64,000 bases of DNA. Source: Macrostomum lignano (lineage: Eukaryota). Position numbers and translations under genes: made by a program. Below the pieces are notes generated by a model that saw only the letters and a program-made list of their open reading frames with translations, was not told where the DNA came from and did no database searches. The stretch is taken from contig NIVC01000585.1 in NCBI GenBank assembly GCA_002269645.1, positions 62,001 through 126,000 of the forward strand. Reading direction: 5' to 3'. This document shows positions 46,107 to 59,369 of the stretch, piece after piece. The number at the start of each line of letters is the position of its first letter. The stretch's first letter is position 1.

Positions 46107-47044
46107 GGTAGCAAAATATACAGTGAATTAGAAATTGCCACAAAATCGTTGGGCACTACTACAAGTAAACGTCGCAATAAACAAATGGAAAAGTTTAGTT
46201 GAAACGGTGAAACTGAAGGGTTGAAACTATAGAGAAACAGCAGTCCAACGGCCCTTTTCGGGACCACCTTAAACTGGCAACGTCACACTATAGTCAACTG
46301 AACATCAATCTGTGTTCAGTTCAATGAAGGAGTTGCACTTTTGTAAACAAGCATTGAACGAACGTAGAGTACATAAGAAACAATTGCTGATTCTCAGTTG
46401 TGAGTAGCAGAGCAGAGTAGCTCTGTCTTATTCTTTGTCTTACTCTGTCTTACTCTGACTTGCTGATTCAAAAGTAACCAACTCGCGAACTCTAATTCTG
46501 TTGATAGCCCGAGACCATTTGGTTAGACAGATTGCTTGAGCTCAGCAGTCTCGGGAAGTCAGTAAGCAGATCATATGACTCAACTCGACCCATCAGCGAA
46601 TATAAAACAGACTTGACCATAGACATTCCCTGCTCAAAACCCAGCCAGTCCCGAACATTGTCTCTGATTAAGTTAATGACACTCTTATCACTATAGAATT
46701 TGGCTAAGTAATCAATGTTGAAATTTGAGGGCGCAAAAGCATAATACTATAATGTTATACTGTAGTCCTAAATATCAAATTTCAGCTCTGCTTCCACCTG
46801 TGCCTTTTATTGGCTAAGCGGAGTCCGGGTGAGCAGTTCTTGCTGCCCTTTCTGATAGCTTTTGCCTATCCGTAAACAAAAATGACAAAATCAGGAAATC
46901 CGGGAAACAATCTGCTCGAATGCCAGCAATTCTGCGCCGATAATTAAAAACATTTATTCCGGAGAAATAATTTCATTTTCAGTTTGTATTATTCACTGCT
47001 TTTCGCTCATCACAGCGTTGCTTTGTCCTCAAGTCAGCCTTGGG

Positions 47045-48989
47045 TCACACCAACTCCATGACCTCTTCGACGGACAGCATCTTAGTGAAGATGGCCAGAT
47101 TCCTGATTCTGCCGTGCAGAATCCTGCTCGGGGGGTTGAAGTACATCATGCCCAGGAACATGCAGCCAATCTTAACCGGGTCGGTGCCGTAGGTGCTGGG
47201 AGCCGTGTAGAAGTTCGTGTCCAGCTTCACTCCGTTCACCACGAAGTAGCCGGATGTCGGGCCCAGAGCCATGGCCAGGTGAATTGCTGAGCTGTTGGGA
47301 TAGTCCATGGTTGAACCCGGGCTGAGGGACTTGGCGACTTGCCAATGGCCTGTGAGGGAGTTCAGGAACCAGCCCTCGTTCCTCGAGGACTGCTCGTTGA
47401 TGGCGCCGTTGTATTGAGTGATGTCTGAGCAGCTGGAAAACAGGACCAGCTCGGAGCGGCTTTTTGGCAGGCCTCGACTAAACGTGATCACGAAGGTGAA
47501 CGAGGTGTTGGCCCTGAAATAAATTTAGCAATGGGTTCCCGGCTTCTGCTGAAGACAGATAAAATACTTGCGATTTGAACTTCCTCATTACTCAAGGTTA
47601 AAATTTGTCGAGACAAAGTTTTAGAAAAGACAATTAGAAACAGGTGCGTACAAAAAGTCGTCTGTATCATCTGAACAAATTTGCTGGGGTTTGCTGGGTT
47701 TGCTTGCTTTGAAATACGAAAGTCGAACTCAGAAATCGCAGCTCCAGTTCAAGCTCACCTGACGAGCGAGTCGAAGCCGATATGCGATAGGTTGAGCCGC
47801 ACGAACTGCGCCGTGTTCAGCGGAATCAGGACGCCCTCGGGCCCGATGTCCACCGGCGAGTTGTTAAAGGCCGGCATGATGGCAGGGCTGGCGAGGTTCA
47901 GCATGCTTGAGTTGAAGGCGTAGAAGGCGAGCATAGACGAGGCCCAGGTGCGCGTCTTGTGCCACATGCTGCAGCCGTGGATTCCCTGGAGACGGCTGCT
48001 CAGGTAGAGGCTGAGGGAGCCCTCAAAGCAGCCGGAGGCGTTGAAAACGAAGAACTCGCAGGTCGGACGCCAAGCGCAAGCCTGGGCGCAGATGTCCAGC
48101 CGATGAGGCTGAGACCAGGCCAGGTGGACCGCAGGCGGGACATTGCCGCTGGCCGCGGCGCTGCTGCACAAGGTCTCGTTGGTGAACTGGTCGCGCCAGC
48201 GGACCGACACGGAGAGCAGAGAGAAGTCAGCGGTCGAACTTGAGAAGTAATCGGAGGTCGTTAGCGGCGAGCAGCGGATCAGGGCTTTTCCGGGCTGCGT
48301 GGCGCTGACAGCGGCGCCGATTGGGGCGAACAGCGAGCCATCAGACGCGAGACGCCTGCACCAGCGAGAGCAGAGCAGTTCGATGAGAAGCACCGCATCT
48401 CCGGTCGAGTTCAAAGCCAGGAAGGGCGCCTCGAGCGTTTCGTTTGTGGCGCAGAGATCTGATCGTAGTGATCGCAGGCAATCATATGTTTTGATGGCTT
48501 AATCAAGACTTTCCTACCACTTTTTACAAAAAAATTGGTCAAGGCTGCATGGCGCAAATGTGAGAATCACATTCTTGGTCATTGTCCAAAACTTTGACTG
48601 CGGACTGCAACTTTTCGAGTGATCAGACCGCCTGCTGAAAGTGGACAGGGGGGAGGACTTACACGATAGAGCCCAGGAGCTTCAGCTAAACTCTCACCAT
48701 TTGGGATGTTGGACTTGGCCACGATCCGGCAGTTCCCGGAAGTCAGCCCGACTGAGGCGTTGCGCACCAGCCGCCAGCTGCTGCCGTTTCCACTGCAGGC
48801 GAGACAGCCCGGAGTTCCGGCGCACTCTCCCGCGCACTCGACGCCGCTGTCCGCCACCGAAAGCGTCGCGAGCGGATCGCCGGTGGCGCTGCACAGCCCG
48901 CCGGTCACCGAGAACTGCTGGCCGACTGACTCGCTGACGGGAGGAGCCGAGGCCAATGCAGCCAGCAGCAGGGGCAGCCAACTCTCCAT
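47045..48989 (-). CDS. Secreted PAN/apple-PAN/apple-concanavalin A/LamG-like protein
   Basis: Exon 48989-~48665 (signal peptide, CAGECAGTPGCLAC), exon 48458-47759 (CAQACAWRPTCEFFVF), then phase-2 GT-AG intron 47758-47514 and exon 47513-47045 (IHLAM..YFVVNG..KIG..GRIRNLAIFTKMLSVEEVMEL). The first junction is less certain. Confidence 0.7.
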
Positions 48990-49928
48990 TGCTTGGATTT
49001 TTGCTTACCCCAAAACAACGATTGAATTGCAGCTCACTCGAGCTTGGGAAGGAATTATTTAAATGCTTGGAGTTTAATCACCAAATGCATTTTTAATTAA
49101 CGTAACTGTGCATCAAAACCCCAATCATTTTTCTTGATTAATTTCTCTGATTTATCAGTTAATCCTGCAAAAAGCCCATGGTTCAGACAATAAACTCCAG
49201 AAATACCACCTCTAGGAGTTTCGTTTCATGGGGTCGCCAGAAGCTGGAGCAGCCGTTTCTGTCGGCAAGCGGCTAACATTGTTTTAAAATTTTAATTGCC
49301 TGACTGCTACAAACAATCCCTTTCACGGCTGCAATCATTGAATTAGCATGATGAGGGATTAGCGGTGTGCCGCCCGATCCTTTGTTTGGCGAACACTTCG
49401 CAGAATTTGCTGTTTAGGATGATGTTCGAGTCACTTTTTAAAATTAATTTTCACGCCTTGTTTTTCAGTGCATTTTTGCGATAATTAAAATTTCCTATTT
49501 TGCTTATTCCGTCACGATGTTTGGGGAGGCAATCAGTGATGAAGAGTTACCAGGTGCGTCGCCACCGGGGGCAGGGGGGGGGGATGCCAATGCTTTGTTC
49601 CTCCGCCCCACCCCACCTTTGAGACCCGTTATGGAAATTTATAGTTTTGATTCATGTTGCCAAAATTTAACGCCTTTGGCACCAAAAGGAGTGCTAAGAA
49701 GACCCATTCCCAAAATAATTTAGGAATTGAGTCATCTAACGGTGAGGAATTCTTGGCCTGGTCCGCCCGCCTTAAATTCCAAGGCGAGGCACCTGGGAGT
49801 TGCTGTAAAATTGTCTGTCCGCTTCTCAACACCTGTTTCATTAGACAGGGCAAAATCATATGACTCACAAAACAGTTTGACTGACCCGAAATGCTGGCTG
49901 GTATATCCAGCTCACAACGATTCCAGAT

Positions 49929-50173
<245 letters not shown>

Positions 50174-50497
50174 TACAAGTGTCTGTGTGTTTAGCTGGAC
50201 CTCAGAAGTTTTAATGCATTACATGGACCACCGACTCTTTTACTTTTAATAGAGCCTTTTTTTAGTTCACGAAAGATCTTCAAAAGTTTGTTTATTTTTG
50301 AAGCTGACAGAGGCTCTCATTAGTGGAAACTGCACCAGCATTTTTATTACTTAAACTGGACTGGTTTATATGGACACCGACAGAACGTGTTTTAGGTGAA
50401 CCTCCACACCGATTCAAAATCATAGACCAAATTTAGCGAAAACCTAACACTGACAGCTAAGGTTAAACACAGACGGAGGCAATTGGAAATAATCGAT

Positions 50498-52930
50498 TTA
50501 ACGTAAAGGAAACAATTTTAAAGAAACACAAAACATTGAAATCTTTTGCCGGATTCGTTGATCCTGCTCCTCGGATTCTCGAAGGTCGTATAAATCCGGA
50601 TTAGTAAAATAGTCGAACACTTGTAGATTTTCAGAAAAAATTGGTCCACGCCGTCGGCTTGCATCCCCAATAACAACTGCTGTTCCAGACAGGATTTTGC
50701 CGTGACTTAATGCAAATGATCCTGCCGCATTAGCTGAGTCGGCTCGACTTGCAATATAGCCGCGGTCACGTAAACAGTCTCGAACCCCTTGTAGACTGAT
50801 ATTTGGAATTCCGAGGAGCCTTGTTTTTGCAACATCGTCATCGGCAGAGCAAAAGCCAGAGTATGCACTGGCTGCGGTAGCCATTTTTTGCATCGCACAT
50901 CCCCGTGGCAACTCCACTGTTGCCGATATGTATGTTCGAATATGTTCGAAATGGACATTTCCGAACAGTTCGCAGGTGTTGAAATTGAGACGACGAAGTC
51001 CACCTATGAAATTAATTAAATTACATAAAATGCTTTGTATAAAGTTCAGGAAAATGCAATCAAATTGTTCTATCATTAGGATTAAGAAGCGTTAAAAGAT
51101 ACGCTCGAATGCGCTCACTTAAATTGATACCAACAATAGAATTAAAAAACAACTCAACGTTTACTACCAAAACTAACTTCGACAACAACAAATACTAAAG
51201 TCACTTACCTGATTTGAAAAAAACGAAGCAATAGTGCCACCAAAATACTACACGCCTTCTTCACATAGCCGATCACGGTTAAAAGCCTTTGGATATGCGA
51301 AAAAAAACTTTTTGTCTTGGAACCAATTCGTTGAAAACTCGTTTCTGCTGTCGACTGCCTAAAATGTAAGTACCACTAAAAACATATAAAGCAAAACAAA
51401 AGGGAAACATTCTTATACTATTCACAGGCACTACATTTCAATTTATTTAAAAGAGATAATCAGAACTCGCGGAATATCGGACCTTAAGAGAGTCTGAGAA
51501 TGAGAGCTTATAAGCTGGACCCCAGATCAGGGCACCATCTTAAACTGACTGCGTCTGTCTGTTGGTGTCACGGTGTGTTAGCTGGACCCCAGGTCGGGGC
51601 ACCATCTTAAACTGACTGCGTCTGTCTGTTGGTGTCACGGTGTGTTAGCTGGACCCCAGATCTGGGCACCATCTTAAACTGACTGCGTCTGTCTGTTGGT
51701 GTCACGGTGTGTTAGCTGGACCCCAGATCTGGGCACCATCTTAAACTGACTGCGTCTGTCTGTTGGTGTCACGGTGTGTTAGCTGGACCCCAGATCTGGG
51801 CACCATCTTAAACTAACTGCGTCTGTCTGTTGGTGTCACGGTGTGTTAGCTGGACCCCAGATCTGGGCACCATCTTAAACTGACTGCGTCTGTCTGTTGG
51901 TGTCACGGTGTGTTAGCTGGACCCCAGGTCGGGGCACCATCTTAAACTGACTGCGTCTGTCTGTTGGTGTCACGGTGTGTTAGCTGGACCCCAGATCTGG
52001 GCACCATCTTAAACTGACTGCGTCTGTCTGTTGGTGTCACGGTGTGTTAGCTGGACCCCAGATCTGGGCACCATCTTAAACTGACTGCGTCTGTCTGTTG
52101 GTGTCACGGTGTGTTAGCTGGACCCCAGATCTGGGCACCATCTTAAACTGACTGCGTCTGTCTGTTGGTGTCACGGTGTGTTAGCTGGACCCCAGGTCGG
52201 GGCACCATCTTAAACTGACTGCGTCTGTCTGTTGGTGTCACGGTGTGTTAGCTGGACCCCAGGTCGGGGCACCATCTTAAACTGACTGCGTCTGTCTGTT
52301 GGTGTCACGGTGTGTTAGCTGGACCTTAGATAAGAGCAAAATCTAAGACTGTCTTCTTTAAATTCAAACACTAATAGAAGATTCAATTGTGCGAGTTGCA
52401 GTGCAGTTTTGAACAAAGGCGTAAAAGTGCAGCGCAACAAAGTACTTACAGCAGAAGAGGTGCCTTTAGCAGCGGCTTGATGAGAGGAGCCAGCTTCAAA
52501 CGAGTCAGCACTTTCACATCGGGACTGCTTGCTTCCTTTCCTCTTAACCGATCTGGACTTGTTTCGAGCTCTCTTGGCCGATTCGTGCTGCTCTGGAGAA
52601 AAACTGGCCGAGTCTTGATGCCGCTTCTGCTGACTGGCCGAGTCTTGATGCGGCTTCTGCTGACTGGCCGAGTCTTGATGCGGCTTCTGCTGACTGGCCG
52701 AGTCTTGATGCGGCTTCTGCTGACTGGTCGAGCGACGTTGCTTCTTTGACTTATTGGCCGAGTTCTGCAGCAGCTGAGGAGAGTGACTGGCCGAGTTTTG
52801 ATGCGGCTTCTGCTGACTGGCCGTGTCTTGATGCGGCTGAGGAGACTGAGTGGCCGGGTTCTGTTGCTGCTTCTGCTGACTGGCCAAGTCTTGTTGCAGC
52901 TGAGAAGACTGACTGGTTGAGTCTTGCTGC
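50498..52930 (-). pseudogene. DBF4: DBF4/ASK-like gene (motif N, BRCT-like), disrupted or partial
   Basis: A Q/K/S-rich exon ending at 52450 (GTAAGT donor) splices in phase 0 to a 150-nt exon (51358-51209) and then to 51003. This reads NWFQDKKFFFAYPKAFNRDRLCEEGV*YFGGTIASFFSNQ-VDFVVS, resembling DBF4 motif N (F.GK.FYL..LGG.+..F+S..+.++++), with an in-frame TAG at 51248-51250. SHGKILSGTAV in another frame resembles the following SRGK.L segment. Motifs M and C were not seen. Confidence 0.5.
51513..52325 (+). repeat. 67-bp satellite, about 12 copies
   Basis: Unit GTGTTAGCTGGACCCCAGATCTGGGCACCATCTTAAACTGACTGCGTCTGTCTGTTGGTGTCACGGT; period 67 checked (51541 to 51608). Confidence 0.97.
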
Positions 52931-53045
52931 TTGGTGTGTATATTAAAAATTCCTTCCGTTAAAACGAAAGCTCTAATTGGAAACTAATATTTTGTAAGTT
53001 GGCTAGACTTTTAGTGTCTGTATCTAGTTTTCAGTCTCACGTCAT

Positions 53046-55540
53046 GGTGTGTTAGCTGGACCCCAGATCGGGGCACCATCTTAAACTGACTGCGTCTGTC
53101 TGTTGGTGTCACGGTGTGTTAGCTGGACCCCAGATCGGGGCACCATCTTAAACTGACTGCGTCTGTCTGTTGGTGTCACGGTGTGTTAGCTGGACCCCAG
53201 GTCGGGGCACCATCTTAAACTGACTGCGTCTGTCTGTTGGTGTCACGGTGTGTTAGCTGGACCCCAGGTCGGGGCACCATCTTAAACTGACTGCGTCTGT
53301 CTGTTGGTGTCACGGTGTGTTAGCTGGACCCCAGGTCGGGGCACCATCTTAAACTGACTGCGTCTGTCTGTTGGTGTCACGGTGTGTTAGCTGGACCCCA
53401 GATCTGGGCACCATCTTAAACTGACTGCGTCTGTCTGTTGGTGTCACGGTGTGTTAGCTGGACCCCAGATCTGGGCACCATCTTAAACTGACTGCGTCTG
53501 TCTGTTGGTGTCACGGTGTGTTAGCTGGACCCCAGATCTGGGCACCATCTTAAACTGACTGCGTCTGTCTGTTGGTGTCACGGTGTGTTAGCTGGACCCC
53601 AGATCTGGGCACCATCTTAAACTGACTGCGTCTGTCTGTTGGTGTCACGGTGTGTTAGCTGGACCCCAGGTCGGGGCACCATCTTAAACTGACTGCGTCT
53701 GTCTGTTGGTGTCACGGTGTGTTAGCTGGACCCCAGATCGGGGCACCATCTTAAACTGACTGCATCTGTCTGTTGGTGTCACGGTGTGTTAGCTGGACCC
53801 CAGATCTGGGCACCATCTTAAACTGACTGCGTCTGTCTGTTGGTGTCACGGTGTGTTAGCTGGACCCCAGATCTGGGCACCATCTTAAACTGACTGCGTC
53901 TGTCTGTTGGTGTCACGGTGTGTTAGCTGGACCCCAGGTCGGGGCACCATCTTAAACTGACTGCGTCTGTCTGTTGGTGTCACGGTGTGTTAGCTGGACC
54001 CCAGATCTGGGCACCATCTTAAACTGACTGCGTCTGTCTGTTGGTGTCACGGTGTGTTAGCTGGACCCCAGATCTGGGCACCATCTTAAACTGACTGCGT
54101 CTGTCTGTTGGTGTCACGGTGTGTTAGCTGGACCCCAGATCTGGGCACCATCTTAAACTGACTGCGTCTGTCTGTTGGTGTCACGGTGTGTTAGCTGGAC
54201 CCCAGATCTGGGCACCATCTTAAACTGACTGCGTCTGTCTGTTGGTGTCACGGTGTGTTGGCTGGACCCCAGGTCGGGGCACCATCTTAAACTGACTGCG
54301 TCTGTCTGTTGGTGTCACGGTGTGTTAGCTGGACCCCAGGTCGGGGCACCATCTTAAACTGACTGCGTCTGTCTGTTGGTGTCACGGTGTGTTAGCTGGA
54401 CCCCAGATCTGGGCACCATCTTAAACTGACTGCGTCTGTCTGTTGGTGTCACGGTGTGTTAGCTGGACCCCAGATCGGGCACCATCTTAAACTGACTGCA
54501 TCTGTCTGTTGGTGTCACGGTGTGTTAGCTGGACCCCAGATCTGGGCACCATCTTAAACTGACTGCGTCTGTCTGTTGGTGTCACGGTGTGTTGGCTGGA
54601 CCCCAGGTCGGGGCACCATCTTAAACTGACTGCGTCTGTCTGTTGGTGTCACGGTGTGTTAGCTGGACCCCAGGTCGGGGCACCATCTTAAACTGACTGC
54701 GTCTGTCTGTTGGTGTCACGGTGTGTTAGCTGGACCCCAGGTCGGGGCACCATCTTAAACTGACTGCGTCTGTCTGTTGGTGTCACGGTGTGTTAGCTGG
54801 ACCCCAGATCGGGGCACCATCTTAAACTGACTGCATCTGTCTGTTGGTGTCACGGTGTGTTAGCTGGACCCCAGATCTGGGCACCATCTTAAACTGACTG
54901 CGTCTGTCTGTTGGTGTCACGGTGTGTTGGCTGGACCCCAGGTCGGGGCACCATCTTAAACTGACTGCGTCTGTCTGTTGGTGTCACGGTGTGTTAGCTG
55001 GACCCCAGGTCGGGGCACCATCTTAAACTGACTGCGTCTGTCTGTTGGTGTCACGGTGTGTTGGCTGGACCCCAGGTCGGGGCACCATCTTAAACTGACT
55101 GCGTCTGTCTGTTGGTGTCACGGTGTGTTAGCTGGACCCCAGGTCGGGGCACCATCTTAAACTGACTGCGTCTGTCTGTTGGTGTCACGGTGTGTTAGCT
55201 GGACCCCAGATCTGGGCACCATCTTAAACTGACTGCGTCTGTCTGTTGGTGTCACGGTGTGTTAGCTGGACCCCAGATCGGGGCACCATCTTAAACTGAC
55301 TGCATCTGTCTGTTGGTGTCACGGTGTGTTAGCTGGACCCCAGGTCGGGGCACCATCTTAAACTGACTGCGTCTGTCTGTTGGTGTCACGGTGTGTTAGC
55401 TGGACCCCAGATCTGGGCACCATCTTAAACTGACTGCGTCTGTCTGTTGGTGTCACGGTGTGTTAGCTGGACCCCAGATCGGGGCACCATCTTAACTGTG
55501 TCTGTCTGTTGTTTACAAGGTGTGTTAGCTCAGCTGGACC
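53046..55540 (+). repeat. 67-bp satellite, about 37 copies
   Basis: Same unit and orientation as 51513-52325. Confidence 0.97.
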
Positions 55541-57089
55541 CTAATCAAATACTGTTTGTTTACTTTGAAGTACGAGTATGAAGCGTAGAAGAAATGGTTG
55601 TAGTAGTTCAGCTGTTTAGGTCATGTAAAGCTAATTATTTTGTAGCTGTATAGGAATTTCGAATCAAAGAAAAACATAAAGGAGAATTGTGTCCACAATA
55701 TTTGTTCATAGTTTAAGTAAAGCGCAAAATCAAAAATTTTAATAACACGTTACAACAAAACTTACTGACTTGTCCTTAGCTTTTGTTCTAGTGAAGCACT
55801 TGCCTGAAATGTATAAAATAATGTAATACTGTATAAGTTGTTGATGCAAATGTCCTATTGTATGCTATTGATATTGACTGTAGAGTATAGCTTACCGCAC
55901 TCAGAGTGCAGAGCGTTTAGGATGTTCTCGGGGATATTTTTTCGGCTCCCATGTGTTTTTACTCCTACAAAGCATGTTAAAAATGAAAAGCAGTAAAGCC
56001 TTAAATTTTTTACAAGTTAAGTAAAATATTATTTAGAATTAGAAGTTATTCTTTTTTGAAAATTTTCTTACCTGGGATAGCCAGTCCACTTTATAAAAAA
56101 CTTCTTTTTGCAGCACTTCTCAATCCTTTCGACGTAAAATATTTTGGCCGTTTTCTACAGGATATTCTTCCTATACTTGCAGTTGCAATTGCAACGGGGC
56201 CTAAACAAACTCTGGTCTTAGTAAGTCTGGGTTTAAATGGACCTGATTGCGAGGCTTCTATAAGCAAGCAACCCCACGCCAATTTCATTAGACCTTTTCC
56301 TATTGGTTAGCGAGATTCTGTGGCTGGCAAATGTACAGTGCCCATTGAGATACCCCACTGGTTGGCCAGTGTCCATTCGCACTGTACAGTCTTGAAACAG
56401 AAAATTCTAGAATTCTTATCTCCCGACATCAGCTGTTTTAATAAAAAGCAAACAACTAGTGTACATTGCTGTGTACAATGAGACAAGCAGTCATGCTAAA
56501 ATAAGGGGGTAGAGATTAGTCTGTGCTACAGGACATCGTTTTAGGGGAACCACTGGAGGCCGCTATCTTTCAAGGAGTGTGAGGCTCCTTTAAGTATAAG
56601 AGCGGCTTACAGTCCAATCACACGATGTACTCCGGATTTTCCGTCCAATGAATTTGGTTAAAGGCACTTTAATGTTAGGATAAGCTACGACTTTCAAAGA
56701 TAGCGATACAAATATGGCTTTCGTTTTGGCTTTGACATAATAAGATACAGGTCGTACATAGCTCGTACGAAACAGCCTGTTATCAATCATTACTTCATAG
56801 TGTGTGATTGTGTAAATACATCATTCCCTGCAGCACGGGTGGCCAGTTGCATCACTTACAATTGCGATCTTAGAGGAATTTTTAGTAGCTCAAGGTGGAG
56901 AGGAGACTCAATGCTGTGATGCAATATCGTGATTTTTTATAAAAATTGTCTCGAAATTAATAGCATATAATAGTTCCGTCTTTGTCGTCCAAGCCCCAAA
57001 TCCATTATACATATTGTTGCTTACAAATTTGTTATTTTATCGCAAAAAACAACGTTTTCACGATTACAACAAATCGACAAATTTAGCTA

Positions 57090-57450
57090 CCAATTTACCT
57101 AACAGACACAAAACAGACACCAAACAGACACCAAACAGACAGTTTTTGAAAATGGGTCATGTGAAATTTCGATTTACGTGGACCTCGAAAATCGGTTTAG
57201 GTGGACCGAGTAAAAGGTCCAGGTAAACTGAAACCGTTGTAACTTGGAACCAAAAGAACTTCGAGTGAGCAACTTTAGGGACCACGATCGTTTTCTGCTA
57301 GACTCCATCATAGGTCTATGTAAAACATCTTTAACCTTTCATGTAGAAATATATATGGTGGTCCACGTAAGGGGTCCAGTTAAAACGGGTGGTCCATGTA
57401 AGGAGGGAAAAATACTGACGAAAGGTCCAAGTAAACACACAGACATTAAC

Positions 57451-57505
<55 letters not shown>

Positions 57506-57645
57506 CGCAGACAGACAGACAGACAGACACTAAGACAGACAGACACTAAGACAGACAGACAGACAGACACTAAGACAGACAGACAGGCAGACACTAAGAC
57601 AGACACTAAGACAGACAGACGACATAGGCAGGTATACGGACTAAC
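57090..57645 (-). mobile_element. Putative non-autonomous element with (GTCT)n tract and repeated TGGACC motifs (DINE-1/HINE-like organisation)
   Basis: On the minus strand, GTATACC is followed by a (GTCT)n tract and GTCTGTGTGTTTA..TGGACCT..TTACATGGACCACC. The latter also occurs on the plus strand at about 50180-50235. Classification rests on organisation only. Confidence 0.4.
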
Positions 57646-58216
57646 GCTTTGAAATAGTGAGCGGATTTCAGTTAGTAATTAAACGTACAGAACAAATGAC
57701 CCATGAGATCGTGAGAATACGGCGAGTAAAATGTCTAAGTTTTCCAGGAAATGCTAGCTTATTATTTTTCAACAACAATTTACGTAAAATCGAAATTAGT
57801 TTCTCATAAAATCTGTCATCCGTGTCAGTCCGTACTAGCAAGTGTTTTTCATGGGCAAGAGGGCAATGATGAAGCGCAAACATGGCAAAACAAAGTTTTT
57901 AATTGTCTGACTACGACACTACGTGGACATCCTTAGTAAAAGCTTGTGGCACTGGAGGCGTACACTGGCCACGTAACACGCCCCAGTGCGAAATGTCTAA
58001 AAATAGAATACGCAGGGAACTCCCGTAGACCGTATTTGGCAGTGTTCGTCAGATTATTAGTTTGGAGTGCCCGAGCGCGCCCGCGGAATTCCCGGGCAAA
58101 GCAGGGCAGTCTAGAAGAACTCTATATAAGCATTAGCGGCTCAGTCATGACTGGAATGCAACTAGCAACCCTCAGGAAGGCCTCACAGACGCATATATCA
58201 AAGAAACGATTTGAGC

Positions 58217-58885
58217 ATGGCACCAAGAAGCTGCAAATCAGCTGACGACAGAAATAAACTGCGAGACGTCGCCGCAAGAGTCATGAAACTGCGCCAGGTG
58301 TGCTCCGAGTCCCAGTGGCTGCAGTTCGTCAGCGAGCACCGCCGCGCCATTCGCACCCTGATGTCGCAGCGCAGACTCTGTTATCCGATTGCTGACGCCA
58401 TCGGGCGCGGCAGCGAGGACGAGGCCATCGAAGCGCTTCGACAAAGCGACCATCTGGGCGTCTGGACTTTGACGGAACGCTGGCGAGGTCCTGGACTCGA
58501 GTCGCTGCTGATGCTGGCCGTGTGGGCGGGAATGTCGAGGTTGGTCGCCGAGCTGGTCAGCCGAAACCCCAGCCAGGTGTTTCGGCTGTACGACAGCAGG
58601 GGCCGAAACGCTCTGCACTACTGCTTTGCGGCTCAAAGCGAGTCCTGCCTGGTAGCCGTGCTCAGAGAGTTCCGCGCGGCCCTCATGAAGAATACGACAG
58701 CTGGTGCGGTGCCGCTGCTCCGGGGCCTTCTGGCGGCGATCAGGATGCCGGACTGCGACGGGGCAACGCCGGCCGCAGTGAATCCTCTGGAGCGAATGTC
58801 CAGAACTCTGGACGCAGCTGCTGCTGCTGCAGAATCCGCTTTGTCGGCTTCGATGACCGCCCTGTCCGCTGCTGCAGCGGCATAA
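58217..58885 (+). CDS. Small single-exon ankyrin-repeat protein, about 222 aa
   Basis: Intact GC-rich ORF with degenerate ankyrin motifs ESLLMLAVWAGMSRLVAELV, GRNALHYC and DCDGATP. Confidence 0.6.
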   Translation: MAPRSCKSADDRNKLRDVAARVMKLRQVCSESQWLQFVSEHRRAIRTLMSQRRLCYPIADAIGRGSEDEAIEALRQSDHLGVWTLTERWRGPGLESLLMLAVWAGMSRLVAELVSRNPSQVFRLYDSRGRNALHYCFAAQSESCLVAVLREFRAALMKNTTAGAVPLLRGLLAAIRMPDCDGATPAAVNPLERMSRTLDAAAAAAESALSASMTALSAAAAA

Positions 58886-59369
58886 GGGGGTGAGCTCGGC
58901 CACCACCAGATTCTGGACTGCCATGGCTGGCTGCAACTTACCTGTAGCTTTTACAATAATGGCGTATATCCGCATACTGATTCTGAACGCAGTGAAACTC
59001 TTCCAAACCCGCATTAGCCTTTCAACTGCCCACTAGGCCTTTCTGATTACGCGTGTTAGTAAATTTATGCACCACACTTCACTTTTACTGTTTTGTTTGC
59101 TGAAAAAAACTTTTATTCGAGTGTTTAATAAATAACGTACAGTGTGCACTGCTAAACACTACAGCACCGTCAAGCAATTTACTGCGAAAAAATATAAATG
59201 ACAGGTGGCGTAAATTGCTGATTTTTATTTGCTTCTTGCCTCTTGTGATTAGATAAAATCGTTGCGTATCTGCGATTTTATGGTTGTTAAGCGCAGCTGT
59301 TTGACACTGATCTGGATGGATGTACCTTGTGTAGGTCAATCGGTGCGTTTTTAGAGGTGCGTCAGTGAA

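Noticed and set aside
50931-50950. 10-bp tandem duplication as the cause of the DBF4-like frameshift
   Set aside because: Removing one copy moves the reading into a third frame that soon stops, so it does not restore the presumed protein.
51513-55540. CRISPR-like array (palindromic repeat)
   Set aside because: The units are contiguous with no unique spacers, there are no cas genes, and the context is eukaryotic.
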